A DNA stretch of 61,740 nt, the filler included, from Sphacelaria rigidula (lineage: Eukaryota), in the NCBI GenBank assembly GCA_964200075.2. It is 6 parts of 6 records of this genome, joined end to end, with 100 filler letters (N's around TTAATTAATTAA, not from the genome) between each part and the next. Parts side by side here need not be neighbours in the genome. Positions count along the whole stretch, not along the records: positions 1 to 10,208 come from CAXNAA020006929.1; positions 10,309 to 20,515 come from CAXNAA020006930.1; 4 more parts are not named here. The stretch is one strand, 5' to 3'. The notes under the pieces are model-generated. The model did no database searches. It had not been told where the DNA came from and saw only the letters and a program-made list of their open reading frames with translations. A program made the translations under genes and the position numbers. Positions 1 to 11,198 of the stretch are shown piece by piece (within the stretch, counting starts at the first letter, position 1; each line of letters starts with the position of its first letter).

Positions 1-5
1 CGCAC

Positions 6-18
6 CCCCCCCCCCCCC

Positions 19-80
<62 letters not shown>
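6..80. repeat. poly(C) run plus (AC)n microsatellite at contig start
   Basis: Seen directly. Confidence 0.98.
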
Positions 81-83
<3 letters not shown>

Positions 84-445
84 CGTACGCCTCGAGCTGG
101 AAGACGTAAATCGACCTTGGGGTCAAGATCTCCCTTTTCAGTTGGAAACTAATGTGCTGCTATTGACCTCATTCTTGAGGAATGAATTCCATGCTCTTTG
201 TTGTGGAGGATAGCCGTAGTCCTGGGTCTAGCGCTGCTGCTGTTGCGCGTCTGCTACCCCGCCCCCCGTCACCCTGTCCTGTAGAGTGACATTCAAAATT
301 CAAATGTGTACTGCTCATTATTCTCGATTGATTATTTTTTTTCTTCAAGCGATTCGACCTTACATGTGCGCTATTTAATCCCCCGTCCCCCCTGTCCAGC
401 AGCTGGAAGCCAAAGCAAAACAACTACTTTCGTACTTTTTGGTAT

Positions 446-916
446 TAATCCGCGGATATCCATACATTTTTCGTGGATACCCGTATCGGTTTCACGGATT
501 ACTGCGATGGTGCACCGCGGGGAATGGCCGCGGTTTGTGCGGATTGTTCCACAGAATCGGGCAATGCGCTCCGTGAAAAAATCCATGCCACGGATATCCG
601 CTCCGCAATAATCCATGACATTTTCATTGGCGGATATCCGCCCCGTGAAAACCCGTGACTTTTCCCACCGATGGATATCCGCTCCGTACCATATAAAAAA
701 ATCCGCACCGCACCGTGACATTTTCGTTGGCGAATATCCGCTCCGCAATAATCCGAGACATTTTCAGTGGCGGATATCCGCACCGTCGTAATCCGTGATT
801 TTCCACACATACGGATATCCGCCCCGCTCCGCCCCGCTCCGCCCCGCTCCGCTCCGTGAGGTTTCGAAAAAAAAAATCCGCACCGCGGAGCGGATTCTCC
901 TCCGTGCACATCCCTG
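446..916. mobile_element. truncated hAT-type MITE with GGATATCC/CCGCTCCG subterminal repeats
   Basis: Many CGGATATCCG palindromes. Ends in CACATCCCTG, the reverse complement of CAGGGATGTG, an Ac/hAT-like terminus. Left TIR not found. Confidence 0.6.
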
Positions 917-1323
917 ATATTTAGCTACTACTACTGTTGAACGTCGGCAGCTGACCTTCAACAGTAGTAGCTAAATATTACGATAGCTTCTGAACGTTCT
1001 TTTCGTCGTCCTAAACGGCGTTTTAGCTTCTAACGTTGTAGTTAGCTCGTTATCCGTAAATTGTTGTCATGTTGACATCAACTGTGCTTTCCTTCATCCA
1101 CAGGCCTTCACATTTCCGGCTCCGATGTGGTTCTCAATTCAACTCGAGACGTAAGTCTACATGAATTGAAGACTTTGGATTTCAAGATTTTAATTGAACA
1201 GCTTTCGATCGTCGCTCTTTCGTGCGCTCTTTCGTGAGCTTTCAAGCAACCGCAACAACGTTGCACCCGTTTACACGACAGGTGTTCATCTACAATACAC
1301 GCCACAAACTTCTCCCACCAAAT

Positions 1324-1527
1324 CTGTCCTCCTTCTTTCCAACATCACCGTCACTCTTCGTAACATTTCTCACCAGTCTCAACGTCATGAGACTACAGTA
1401 GTACACCAAAGGACGCGGGGGTCTCCTGCCAAGCCTGTTCTTCTTTCCAACATCACCGTCACTCTTGGTAACATTTCTCACAAGTCTAAACGTCATGACA
1501 CCACAGTACACCGAAGGACGAGGGGGC
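1324..1527. repeat. ~108-bp tandem duplication
   Basis: Two copies of TTCTTTCCAACATCACCGTCACTCTT...GTACACC..AGGACG.GGGG. Confidence 0.9.
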
Positions 1528-1714
1528 ACCCCCGCGTCCGAAGCCCTTGTATATACATATTTTTAATACCCCACCTTCCTTCTGCGGTGCTTGCCTTATT
1601 TTTCATTGCGGGAGGGGTTCCATGGCCCCTTTCCCTCATCGACCGTGACATCGACTTTGTGTACCCACTGTATAGTACTCGCTCTCCACTGTTGGGCATG
1701 GTGTGAGAAAATTC

Positions 1715-3496
1715 CAGGGATCTACACGTTACACGTGCCACAACGTTACACGTCACGTGTTGGCCGAAACGTAACGTGAACGTATTTTATGTTTACGGGA
1801 TGAACGTTCAGTAAACATCACGTTATATTCTCAAATGAAACGTTAACGTTACGTTCAATATTTTTAACTTGCCAAACGAAAAGCAACGTGAACATTAAAT
1901 TGCCCAAACCCTTCAAACACGTAATGTGAAACGTGATTAACACGTTACATGAAATGTCACAAACACGCTACATGAAGCGGCACACTCCTCAAGTTTGCAA
2001 TGAATTTTTGAAATCCTAGGAGACAAAGTAACTGTACACAACGGGACGAGTACAAGCTGTCTATTTTGACAACAGAACGAGGTTACATGTACAGGTTGTC
2101 CTTTGCAAACACAGTACAAGTGCAGGCTGTACTTGTAACCTTGTGCTGCTGTATTTCCGTCTATAGGCACAATAGTGCAAGGCTGCAAGTGCAGTCTGTA
2201 CTCTGCAAGCGCAGTCGTGCAAGGTTACAGGTATAGTCTGCACCTCGCAAATACAACAGACAGGAGTAGAGCAAGGATGCAAACACCCTGTACTTTGCAC
2301 ACACAGTATTATAGTACGACGTGGTCAATCATTTGTTCGCGACAACGGGAGGTAGGCTCGCATTCGGCAGCGGTTACGTCGGCAATTTCTTCAGTTCTAC
2401 ACCGTCTTGACTGTAAGGTTCGAGGCTACATGCAGATGCACGTACATGGTAGTGCATGCAAATGCAGATGATAGGCCTTCTGCATACACTACGGTACACA
2501 TGCAGGCTCTACTTTGTTCGCAACACCCGTAACCGTGTCAGATTGAAGAAAAGTGGGCTCCCGAACTAAAAAAAGCGACGCAAGATCGGTCATACTAAAA
2601 TGTGGGGTTGGATTTTCATTTCCCCCCACATGGGGCCTGGTCCGGCGATAACCCGGCGTGCTCCGTCCTGGCTTTGTAGGGATGCAAGGTCAATGGTCTG
2701 ATGACTATGGCATGCATGAACATGAGTACACATGGGGGATATGATTTTCCCACTAGATACATGCATTGCTGGCCTAGACCACTGTGTAAAGCTGTCATAT
2801 ATACATATATGCCTACATACGTACACCTACCATTGACGGCCGTGAGTAACTATCTTATTGGATGAATACATGTATACATATATAGAACCAAGGGTGCCTT
2901 GTATAGCTTTGTCTGCGAAATGCCAGGACGGCTCAAGCCGGCGTTCAATCATGTCCACGATCAGTATGTGCTGTAGTGCGAATGACCAAGCATTTGAAAA
3001 TTGAAAATTGGAAACTAAAAGATGAAAAGGGAAGAGGAGATATGAACATATTACGGTGAAAAACGAATGAACGATACACTGTATAGAACGTAACGTTACA
3101 CAATCTGATATTGCGCCCACGCTCAATACGATGCGCCACCGTCAGGGTCACGTACACGGTAGCGTCACGCGTTACACGACACGTTACAACGCCTCAAACA
3201 CTGGTAAGTGAACCATGACATACACAGGATAAAAACTTACATTCGAACGTTACACGTGTCAGCGAAACGCTATATTGGACGTTACAAGTTCCATGGAACG
3301 TTTCATATTACTATACATGTAAAAAAACTTGGCGTTATTTTTTTCACGTGAAGAGAGTAACGTGAACGTAACGTCAATGAAACGTTCACGTAACGTTGAA
3401 TTTTTTCATGTGCCAAACAAAACGTGACATGAACGTTAAATCTTACCAACGTGATGAACTTCACGTGAACATGAACGTGTGACGTGTAGACCCCTG
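1715..3496. mobile_element. non-autonomous hAT-type element with ACGT-rich subtermini
   Basis: TIR CAGGGATCTACACGT / ACGTGTAGACCCCTG. Degenerate 8-bp TSD GAAAATTC (1707-1714) vs GACAATTT (3497-3504). Confidence 0.85.
2636..2728 (+). mobile_element. short retroposon-like element, family B
   Basis: Matches copies at 10142-10208, 24067-24215 and 30743-30822. Flanked by the 9-bp direct repeat CACATGGGG (2627-2635, 2729-2737). Confidence 0.8.
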
Positions 3497-5407
3497 GACA
3501 ATTTCCCAGATCATGTGACTGCACCGAGATTCGAACCCACGACCCAACCGTCAGAAGCTTTAGAGGTGGCAAACTGAGACGCCGGGGCGACCGGCGCTTC
3601 AGTGGTTGACGTGATTAGGAAACCTTTCCCCCTATGTGAAGTATGCACAATTGAAATCTACCATTTTGCGTCCGAGAATTTTGAAATCTAGCAATCGTTG
3701 AAGCACATCACTTACGTGACGATGAAAACGCACTTTGTCCAGCAGGCCTGCGGGGGGTCTCGTCTACGGGCGGAGGACGGGGACCAACAGCTGGGGGACG
3801 CTCTACTCAGAGCCCGTCGTTCATGTCGCCTGGATCTGTTGACATGAGCGTTGCCATGAGTATGGGATCAGACTCGGAGGGAGACACCGGTGTACGGGAA
3901 GGGGGTGCATAGTTTGTCGTAGGTCGCGGGTGGTGGTGGGGAAGAAACAATAAATTATTTCAGCACGTTGCTTTGTCCTGGTGCTCGTATTGGCGTTGGG
4001 TGTGTGATGATGGCACACTGGTGACTTGCAGTTCTCATACAGTAGTTCCTTGGAAACATGTGTGCTGATAGAACCTCCATGGGTTTCTGACGTGTTTCGA
4101 CGGCGGAACGCTGGAAGAGTCTTGCAAGGCTCTACTGCTACGAACGGCCGCTCAGACTGGTGCAAAGCCGTCGGGGGCCACGCCGGTTAGTTCCTTAATA
4201 CGTGCTGAGACTGAAAGTTTTTCTTCTGCTGTCAAATGATTCCACACGAGCAGGTAGTGCCAGGCACAACACATGGGCGCCCCCGAAGTATGTTGACCCT
4301 GTTTGACCCCAGCGTTTGACCAAGGCTCCCCTCGATGTTGATTTCCCTGCCGCCCCCTTCCTTCCCCTCCACCACAATCCGTTGTCATGTAGTCGGAAAA
4401 TGACCAACATTCAGCATCACGCTGCACGCGCAGCTTTCTAGACCGAAAATGAATAAACACCGACGGGAATGTGAACGTTAGGCTGACACTGTGTTGGTAT
4501 CCGTACGTGATGTCGCATACGCTTGTGTGATGCAACAAACAAGTTTGTATAGGAATAGCATCACTTGTCTCTTATCTGAAATGCAGATGAAAATTCCCTA
4601 CCCTGCTGACAGGTCAGTATTTCACCATTTCGTGCTGTGGGAGGCCCATATCTCGTCTCTACTTGTTTCTTAGAGAACGTTTTTTTCCCTGTGAGAGATC
4701 TCAGGGCTCGAGAGACACTTCGCTTGATATTAGGGTGCGCCATATTTTTGGCTTGAGAGGACATCCGCTTCCCGCGCTGTGTTCTACTTGGCGTTTCGAC
4801 GCGTTACGCTCGATGCGTTACGTTCGACCCATTGTGTGTGTCTACTCTGTTCGCTCGTCTAGACTTGGCTAGCAGCTATGTTTTTGAGCTCTTGGCCGTC
4901 TTTCTGTCTCTGTCGGATCGACCGGGAATGTGTTTTATCTCTCGCGCGCTGAGTTGGCATGGACATTATTTCCGTTTGAAGTTGAGTTGCCATCATCTTC
5001 AGCTGAAGAAGTTCAGTTGAGATTTAAACCGGCATTTTTTCAGCTGAACATTTGGTCGGCATCATTTCCACAGGTAAAACCTTACAAGCTGGGCCAGCTG
5101 ATGGTGATTTGCGAATGTATCCGGGCCGGGCGGAGGGTAATCCGAAGCGTTGGGCGCTGAAATTTTGGCACAATATTCTTATCATCACTACGCACAACCT
5201 TCCCGGGGATGCCGAGAGAAAAAAACAAGAAACAAAACGTTAGGGCGATTTGAAGTTTTTGCAAAAACAAGAACAATGCTCTGACTCCGTAGAAATAAAA
5301 GAAATACAGGGTCATCCCTTGTGTAGTTGTTCGTCCTTGTGTGGAGGAGATCCTGCTGCAGGTTCGGCAAAAAGAAATCCAAAAAATTGGCGCAGCATCC
5401 CACTTTT

Positions 5408-5745
5408 GAAGGATGTGTTCTGCAACGTACGGTTTTCTGTATACCCGGGGTATTTTTTCGGGTGTGTACCGTACCCGACAGTTCTGTAATCTCTAAGACT
5501 TTCATACCCTTACCCGATACTTCTGTAAGTTCTGTACAATACATTTACCCGAACCCGAAGGGCGGGTATACCCGGAAAGAGTTACCCGACTGCCGGTACC
5601 GGTTCTCTGTAAGCCTCCCATACCGTACCCGACAAGTTCTGTAAAGTCTGTAACAATTTCATACCGGTACCCGACAGTTCTGTAAACTCTGTACGGAATC
5701 TCATACCCTACATAACGTACCCGTACCTTACGAAGCACAACCTTG
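5408..5745. mobile_element. MITE with CCGTACC/TTCTGTA internal repeats
   Basis: Imperfect TIR AAGGATGTGTTCTGCAACGTACGG vs CCGTACCTTACGAAGCACAACCTT. No TSD seen. Confidence 0.65.
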
Positions 5746-5776
5746 ATTTGATTACGAAAAGTTGCGTGTGGCATGG

Positions 5777-5850
5777 CTGCGCTCATTTAATCCAAGTGAC
5801 GCAGTTGACTCCAGTTATGGAGGTCACGAGTTCGCATCCCGACGGATTCC
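5777..5850 (+). pseudogene. degenerate tRNA-like (Trp/CCA-like) SINE head, family C
   Basis: TAATCCAAGTGAC...GACTCCA...GAGGTCACGAGTTCG. A second copy lies on the minus strand at ~19118-19185. No intact acceptor stem. Confidence 0.55.
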
Positions 5851-6561
5851 TTTTTTTCTTGTTCCGTCGGCTAGGTAATACATCATGTAGTACATGATAT
5901 TTCATTTTTTTTCATTCAGTGTCATTCCCGTGCCTTATTATCACGTTGGTCTGCAGGTCACACCGATGTACTCAAATCGGGCTGCTTTGGTAAACTTAGT
6001 AGGTTATGGTGTGACATGCAAATGCGGGATTCACTGCTGGCTCAGCCCATAGGGCTCGGGTCACTGCTGTCACGATTGAATCGGCATCACTTTTAGCTGT
6101 TGACAGTCGCATTCGAGGACTCCTTCCTTCCGGTCTATCGGGCCACAAATCGCTGTGAAAACAGGTGAAAATGCCTCTAGGATAATCTGTTGTCTGATCG
6201 CACTGAAGACTGCTTGAAATGCTCTCCTCTCGGGTCAGTTTCTTTTACGTTCTCCTTTCTCGGGTCAAAAGTGTACCTCATCGCTTGTGTAACGCTTGAG
6301 ATTTTCGTGTATCACTCCGAAAGCTTCTGTTGAAAATGCTCTCCTCTCGGGTCATCCATTCTGTGACCCCTCCGACCAGGGTTACCGACACTGAAGCTAT
6401 GCAGGACCGTACATTTGCACACCATGAACTATGTCGTCTCATCAGGATCCTCTGGACGGTCCGGTTTGCCTTCTCTTAAGCGCTGGCAGGCATGGATTGT
6501 GTCATCGCTTGGCTTCAGGGTACATTCCGTTTTCTGCACTGTGGGGGCTGAGATGCGTTTT

Positions 6562-6770
6562 CAAGGGTGTGTTGGGTAGGGTGTAATACCCGGGTTTTTA
6601 CTCTCCCGAATGTTGTGTTGCGATGGTCCGATCTTCAAGCTCTCCCCAAATATTGAGTAGAGTACGGTACGGTCGTTATTCATTACCGAATAGCTGGGTA
6701 TTGTGGAGTACGATCTCTATACTCTACCCATGTTTTGGGTGCTTCAAGTACGATTTCCCACAGTACTGTA
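6562..6770. mobile_element. left end of hAT MITE family also present at 23841-24038
   Basis: CAAGGGTGTGTTGGGTAGGG...ACTCTCCCGAAT.TTGTGTTGC.ATGG shared with the 23841 copy. Confidence 0.7.
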
Positions 6771-6909
6771 GGACATACAACAATTTTTTCGTGAGATTGA
6801 TAGTAACGGATCGGATTGAGACTCAACAATTTATTCGAAAGACGGTCACATGCACCTTTCAAACTGTTGCACGACACGTTGACGTGTAGCATAATAAGAG
6901 GCTAGTTAA

Positions 6910-7011
6910 TCTTTAGACCCCGGGGATAGGTCACCTGCTGAATGGATATCAATTTTCACTTGAAAAAAGTATGCGTGATCCAGATGGACTACCCGCACCG
7001 CGGTGTAAGGA
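6910..7011. mobile_element. ~100-bp piggyBac-type MITE
   Basis: TTAA on both sides (6906-6909, 7012-7015). Body matches 51173-51272 (inverted) and 52679-52776. Confidence 0.8.
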
Positions 7012-8019
7012 TTAACCGTCGTTAGCCTACATTTTAGAATGGTTGGTTGACACAATTTTACATGTATCGCTATCCATAATCCCAACGCCAATCCAACGCA
7101 TACCGAAAATCCTCGGGCAAGGGCGGAACATACATTCCCTAGGCAAAGTGCGGCCTTGGTAAACCCCAAATCGGCGTCTTATGGTATTTGAAGGGACTGG
7201 CCCCGGGGTGAGTAACCTCTCGGGCACACATGTCTCAGAGTAAAGCAACGTTCGGATATGAATCTTTGATTAGGCCGCTGAGGGATGGCAGCTTGTTGAA
7301 AGATTCCACTCGATGTTCCGAATGTTGACAGCGGTCGATACGAGATACAAGTTGCATGGCTGATTTGTCTTGTCTGCTGCGCCCTGAATGTTCATGTGCA
7401 CAGCAGATAGTATTGTCCGAACGACCCTTGGGTTGAGGATTTTCCTGTCATTGTCTCTTCGATTGTTGTATCATGACGGGGTATGGATATAATTGTGAGC
7501 GTGAAGTCTATATTCATTATGTTCGAATGAAGTTGTTGCAACAAAAGATAGCGGTACAATCTGTTGCGTTTCAACGAAACAATGAACCACGTAAGACCGT
7601 TTCATAAGTATCCTTCTCACGGAGAGTGCCTCTTTTCGTGATGATTTATATCTACCTGTGAGAATGACGTTTCTGGTAGGATACTGCTACAGTACAGTAG
7701 GCGTGTTGCCATGATTTGTCAATGAAAGATACTCTAGCAGAGTATTTAGGCCACGTAAGCTACAGGATATCTTGTGTACAACTTTGCAGTTAATCGAAGC
7801 TAGCAAGGCTACCGCGTCAGCAAGAGCGAGGTTGAATTGAATGATACGATTAGACATTACGTACGTGTAGAGTGTCACATTCTTCTTCCAGGATTGAGCA
7901 TGGTTGAACCCGGTGGTCTATCGCCCTTGCAATCACTGTCCCAAGCTTACCAAGCTTACCCAGCTCTTCTTTATTTCCTCAGCACTCTGCTTGCAAAAGA
8001 GGCTGCCTTGATTTTGTTC

Positions 8020-8420
8020 GGTCGAAGTGAAGATCCCCAAAAAACACCATTTTTGTCTTTGGACTTTCTGTCTGCTGCAGAAGCAAGTGGTTTGACTACC
8101 GCTGTGCAACCTCTGCTAACCTACTGTCTCTGCGACGGTAGTCGGTATGTTTCGAGAACAGTATCAAACGCCACGAGCCACCAAATATTTCCAACACCTC
8201 CCGTTTGTGATTTATACGGATCGTAAGTCTTTGGAAAGCCTTGCAAAAATGGCGGAGCACACCGCTAGGGTACAACGCTGGTTCGAAATCTCGTCGTCTT
8301 ACAACTTTCAGTTGAAATATCGCACAGGCCCGCAAAATGCAAACGCCGACTTTCTGTCACGCTTGCCCACATCGGCTCAACCTATCGATGAAGCCTCCAT
8401 GGGACGTTTAGACTCTAGCC
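8020..8420 (+). mobile_element. Ty3/Gypsy pol remnant (RT connection/RNase H)
   Basis: Translation PFVIYTDRKSLESL...ARVQRWFEI..YNFQLKYRTGPQNANADFLSRLP is the Gypsy RNase H signature (TDH...RW...Y+PG..N..ADxLSR). Frameshifted. Confidence 0.9.
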
Positions 8421-9249
8421 ACCATTGTTACCTAGGGTTAGGGACATTGTGTGGGTGGAGTTGCGGGTCTGATTGCCTGACTCTGTGATGGGTGACCTCC
8501 ATGACGTGAGGCTTGGTCTTGCCACTCTGGTGGAGAGAGGCTATGGTCCTGTTCTCCTGTACACTGCTGAGGGTTACCATATGAACAACTAAAGCTGTTG
8601 AAGTCCATGTGCCTGTGGTGGGAGGAGTCCACATGGCGATCTGATCTTGAGTGACAGAAGTCTATAATGAACGTTCATTAAGTCCGCTGAAAGGCGGTAG
8701 GCCCACTAAAAAGCAGCTGACACTTCAAGATAGGGAAGTCTGCAGGCCTGATCAGTTATCAGCAAACAAGACTAGCTCAAGGCGTGTTGACGTAGCGAGG
8801 AGTTGGAGAAGTAGAGCCGAGGAGGTTCTGAGGCAGTGCTAGGGCGGGCTGAGGTATCGCTCGTGCGTGAGGTGCGGGAGGTTAATCGACAGCTAGCGAG
8901 CCCAAGAGCGTTCCAGAAAAATGCGGAGAAATTACTGCCTGGTGGAGCCAGCGAGAGTTGCTTGTTCCACGCTTGACCAGGTACGGTCAGGAAGAGGAGT
9001 CTAAGGACTTCAAACATGTGGTGAGACCTGCGTGAGGAAGAGGCGCTGTGGCCATTGTCGTTCGGTGGCCAAGCGCGTCTTGGTGTACGGAAAGTTGTTG
9101 TTTCTGCGATTCACAACAACGGTTTTTCTGGAACCGCTGTTGAGCTGTTGAGGTGCTGCTTTGTGATTGTCCACTATGTACACATGTCGTGGTGGCTCGG
9201 CGCTTGGTGAGAAGCGTGGAGGTAGCGACGAAGCCTGTTTCACTGTTCA

Positions 9250-10140
9250 ACATGATGAGGCGCAGGAATATGTCATCGTCGATGGTCGTGTTGTATCTGT
9301 ACTGGCGCTGAAGATGCCGTCCTACGGCCGAAATATTCCGAGCGAGAAATCGGCCGAGATTTTACGCAAATACGAGAAATATTTGCGAGATGTAGATCAG
9401 ATGAACGCGCGGTGGACAAATTTCTTTGAGGTGGCAACAGTTTCTGATCTCATGCCGTAACTATTACGACATATCTGCGTGACACGTTCTTGAAATATGC
9501 TCATGATGTTGGGAACGAGCAGCTGCTTTTCGCGTTGCGCAAGCATGCATCGTGCGGTTGGGTGCATCGCACTGTGAAGCGCGCACTTGTCACACAGCAT
9601 GTGTCTACCCGAGGGGACAGGCACGGCAATGCCCCCGCCAAACGTGCAGTAGGTGGTCCACGTTTGAAACAACGATACAGGGCAGCTGCTTGCACTGTGA
9701 AAGCCGAGAAACATGTGTCTGCCCGAGGGGCCAGGCACGATAGTGCACCCGCCGAACGTGCAGTAGGTGGTCCGCGTCTGAAACAACGATACAGGGCAGA
9801 TGCTTGCACTGTGAAAGCCGAGAAGCATGTGTCTGCCCGAGGGGCCAGGCACGATAGTGCACCTGCTGAGCGTGCAGTAGTAGAAACAGCTCGCCCGCGA
9901 CTGAAGCAAGAACGCGGTGCCACTTTGAGGGGCGCGAAGGTGACGACGCATGTGTCTGTGCGAAGAGACGCACTGGGCAGCAAGAACAGCGAGAGTGAAG
10001 TAGTCGGTGCTGAATTTACAGCCGCTGGCAGTGCTGTTGGAAGAGGCGAACAAGTCACACAGCCATCGCTAGTCCGAGGGGACAGGAACGAGAGTGCTAG
10101 AGGTGTTGCCGCTATTGCTGTCAAGGAGTCAGCCGAACAG
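9250..10140 (+). mobile_element. probable decayed LTR-retrotransposon gag-like region with 114-bp tandem repeat
   Basis: Interrupted ORFs 9167-9460 and 9490 onward. CATGTGTCT.CCCGAGGGG recurs at 9598, 9712 and 9826. The gag identity is inference only. Confidence 0.4.
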
Positions 10141-10208
10141 GAGGTACTCATGATCATGCATGCCATAGTCATCAGACCATTGACCTCGCATCCCTACAAA
10201 GCCGGGAC

Positions 10209-10308
10209 NNNNNNNNNNNNNNNNNNNNNNNNNNNNNNNNNNNNNNNNNNNNTTAATTAATTAANNNNNNNNNNNNNNNNNNNNNNNNNNNNNNNNNNNN
10301 NNNNNNNN
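10209..10308. other. artificial contig linker
   Basis: 44 N + TTAATTAATTAA (stops in all six frames) + 44 N. Confidence 0.99.
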
Positions 10309-10349
10309 TGTGTGTGTGTGTGTGTGTGTGTTTGTTTTGGTGTGTGGGT

Positions 10350-10387
<38 letters not shown>
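10309..10387. repeat. (TG)n microsatellite
   Basis: Seen directly. Confidence 0.95.
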
Positions 10388-10388
<1 letters not shown>

Positions 10389-11198
10389 TTTCCTCTTCTC
10401 TTTCATTTCTATGGCTGTGGCTTCTGCTCTTTTTCGTTGCTCCTGACCACGGGCTAGATTGTTGCAATCAGCTAATGTGAGATAAGTGAAAGATCGGACC
10501 GTAGCGGGATCTGTGGTTCGTGGAACGGGTACGAATGTGAACAATGTAGGCTAAATAATATGTGAGGGAAATTGTGGAAAGGTCGACACAAACAAGTAGG
10601 TCAGACAAGGTGTTTGAGATTTATGCTTGGGGCAACGGGGGAAGACGGTGCGGCAGCTTAGCTTCAACTATGTTTTTCTTCTCTATTCCACATTCATGAG
10701 AGGAGCAAATCAATCAAGCAATCAATCAATTATGGAAAGCAAGCCCTCCAGCGCCAGCAGAGAAAACTCTTGACTACATCGACCACGGGTCTGAGCAGCG
10801 ATAAGGGGTTATAAGCTGTCACCCTCTCAGGCCAGCAAGCCTGCGCACATAGTTGTCGGTAAGTCTTTGCAAACGACAAGTGAAGCCTCTCTTCGGATCC
10901 GACCAACCCTGAGGTATGAACAGTTCATTCTTTTATTCAGCAGAATGCATTTCCTGGTGCATGCGTTCCATGTTTTAGGTCGTGTACACCATGCTGTCGT
11001 GTGTGTTCCTCGAAAGAGATGATGCCTCGTCCCCTTGATTGATATGCTCTGATCATAAATGACCCATATCACCACGATTTGCGTGTCAATTGTACCTTTC
11101 ACTCATGTCCACATGGCTGCAAATCACGAATCATCTGTTCCCGTTGTCTCGTCTGCGCGTGGCCCGACGCAGGGTTAGACAGTGGCCGCAGCAATACG

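Larger units (their letters stand above)
1530..3596 (-). mobile_element. tRNA-derived SINE (family A) split by a hAT MITE insertion
   Basis: 1530-1714 and 3497-3596 join into a copy matching the reverse complement of the SINE at 25681-26121 (A-box, GGGTTCGAATC B-box, ...TGCCCAACAGTGGA...). Confidence 0.8.

Noticed and set aside
2698-2730. CTGATGA as a hammerhead ribozyme core in family B (also at ~58083)
   Set aside because: No stem II followed by GAAA, and family A lacks the motif at the equivalent position.
10253-10264. TTAATTAATTAA as a biological motif (PacI sites, piggyBac target)
   Set aside because: Identical at all five gaps and centred in exactly 44+44 N, so it is an artificial six-frame stop linker.
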